This document shows, piece after piece, positions 62,655 to 64,000 of a DNA stretch of 64,000 nt. The notes beneath the pieces are model-generated. The model was not told the DNA's origin, made no database searches, and saw only the letters and a list, made by a program, of their open reading frames with translations. Position numbers and translations under genes: made by a program. Numbering within the stretch: the stretch's first letter is position 1; each line of letters starts with the position of its first letter. Source of the stretch: Candidatus Marinacidobacterales bacterium (GTDB lineage Bacteria > Acidobacteriota > Vicinamibacteria > Marinacidobacterales > DATDRI01); NCBI GenBank assembly GCA_965219415.1, contig CBDCNP010000001.1:64001-128000 (forward strand). Reading direction: 5' to 3'.

Positions 62655-63739
62655 TTAAACGTGAAAATATCCTTGCACAGGCTGAAAAGTCAATGAGTAG
62701 AGAGGCCTCGCCTCGCGCGCGACGCTGCTTGAACGACGACATCGTTCCATCACCTCTTTCCCGTAGTCGCAGTCGGCCATGTAAGCGTTATGGGTGGGGC
62801 ACATCATTTGGATCTTTTCTGGGCTGTGGTCTCCGCCACGGGCATAGGGCGGCCGTCATTGAAGGTGGTTGCGAAACGGCGGTGATGGAATTGCAGTGCC
62901 TGCCGCTCGTTGCAGCGTCTACCTTGTGCGTCTACGAAGGTGCACTGATTTCCGTCCCGCTCGCTGACCGCGCGCCTCACCGGGGCCGGGATGTAGCGTG
63001 AGGATGGAGAGGCATCGGTTTTCTCGAGATCCCGTCTCGGCGCCCGCGTCTTCCCATAGCGCCTCGACTCCAACCTCTCCAGCTTCTCTGTCACGGCTTC
63101 GTCGATGATGACCGCTAGATCGCTGTCGGGCATGAGCTGGCGCAGGCGTTCGATCTTGTCCTTGAGCTCGGCGCTAGCTGTGAATTGGACTTTGTAACGT
63201 TCAGGTGCCAAGGGCTCCATTGGTCTCGGTCCGGGGGACCTCGGCGATCCAACTGCGTCTGGACGCAGTTGGGCTGCGGGCGCACTTTGTACCTTTCGGC
63301 CGGGAAGCTTGCGTATCGCTGGTGCAACATCGGGCTTCAGCGCAATCTCCGCCACCAGCTCTTCGATCTTTGCCTTGGACTTGTGCGCAGCGCGCGCCAG
63401 AACCGCTTCCCGATTTGCCTCCGTGAGGTGCGGAGACAGCTTGGCCGCGCCGGTCAGATGGATACGCCCGTCCTCCAGCATCCGAAGGAGCCCCGGGTGT
63501 TTTAGCGATGCGCGCGCGACTCGGATTCGGAGATAGGCCTCGGCCTCCGACATATGCAAGACTTCGGTGCAATAGGTGAACATCGACGAGCAAGCTTCAC
63601 GTGCGTAAAGACGCCGCTGGTCCACTTCGGCGATGTGTGCGACGAGCTCTGACTCGACGCGTCGTGATTGCTGCACTAGCCCAGACAAGCGCCGGAGCAG
63701 TTCATCATCCGAGATCGATTTCAATACCTTGCTAAACAT
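62655..63739 (-). pseudogene. DUF222-like HNH endonuclease, frameshifted in HNH domain
   Basis: LVAHIAEVDQRRLY N-terminus, RYIPAPVRRAVSERDGNQC..RC..FHH; PYARGGDHSPEKIQMMCPTHN is in another frame. Confidence 0.8.
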
Positions 63740-64000
63740 CAGTCATCCTCCTAACCAGTAATATAACAACGCACTTTTTTTGGCCTTGAGTCGACGTGAG
63801 TCGGGAGGAACGTGCTCCGAGGGAGATTTTGTCTCGAAATGTGTGGGCGTTGGCTAGAGAGTCAACACGCGTGTCAGAGATACTGCGAAGATACTAGTAA
63901 GGTCTACAAAATTTGCTGTGGGATCTTGTCAAGAGAAAATTTCACCTTTTTACTTTGGGCTTCAGAGAGTCAAATCGGGCTTCCCGCCGTCTGCGGTAGG

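Overview
GC-rich bacterial window, probably Acidobacteriota (inferred from the expanded Ser/Thr kinase + PD40 propeller receptors and the HExxH...GLM peptidase family). It has three zones. (1) 1-35.6 kb is a heavily scrambled mobile-element mosaic. It holds about 40 copies of five related terminal motifs (types A-E, YGT...MAAAM) of an rve/DDE IS481/IS3-like transposon clade, plus IS1, IS3, IS5, IS256 and ISL3 elements. These separate intact genes (PP2C sensor phosphatase, DUF1445 lyase, MscS, HU, CBS, DoxX, Amt, porin) from many gene stumps cut exactly at transposon ends, several of them restriction/nuclease genes. (2) 35.7-52.6 kb has a decayed membrane kinase between duplicated HExxH genes, two hydrolase lipoproteins, an MDR oxidoreductase, a degenerate CheB and the intact recG-rsmD-coaD-aminotransferase core, ending at an initiator tRNA-Met. 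(3) 52.7-64 kb has three tandem receptor kinases (two broken) and an HNH remnant. A REP-interrupted copy of the tRNA 3' half, starting exactly at the anticodon loop, marks an integrase-free island at the tRNA. The best candidate for an undescribed system is the array of non-autonomous hybrid transposon ends with captured DNA in zone 1. All calls were made by eye; no database search or alignment program was run.
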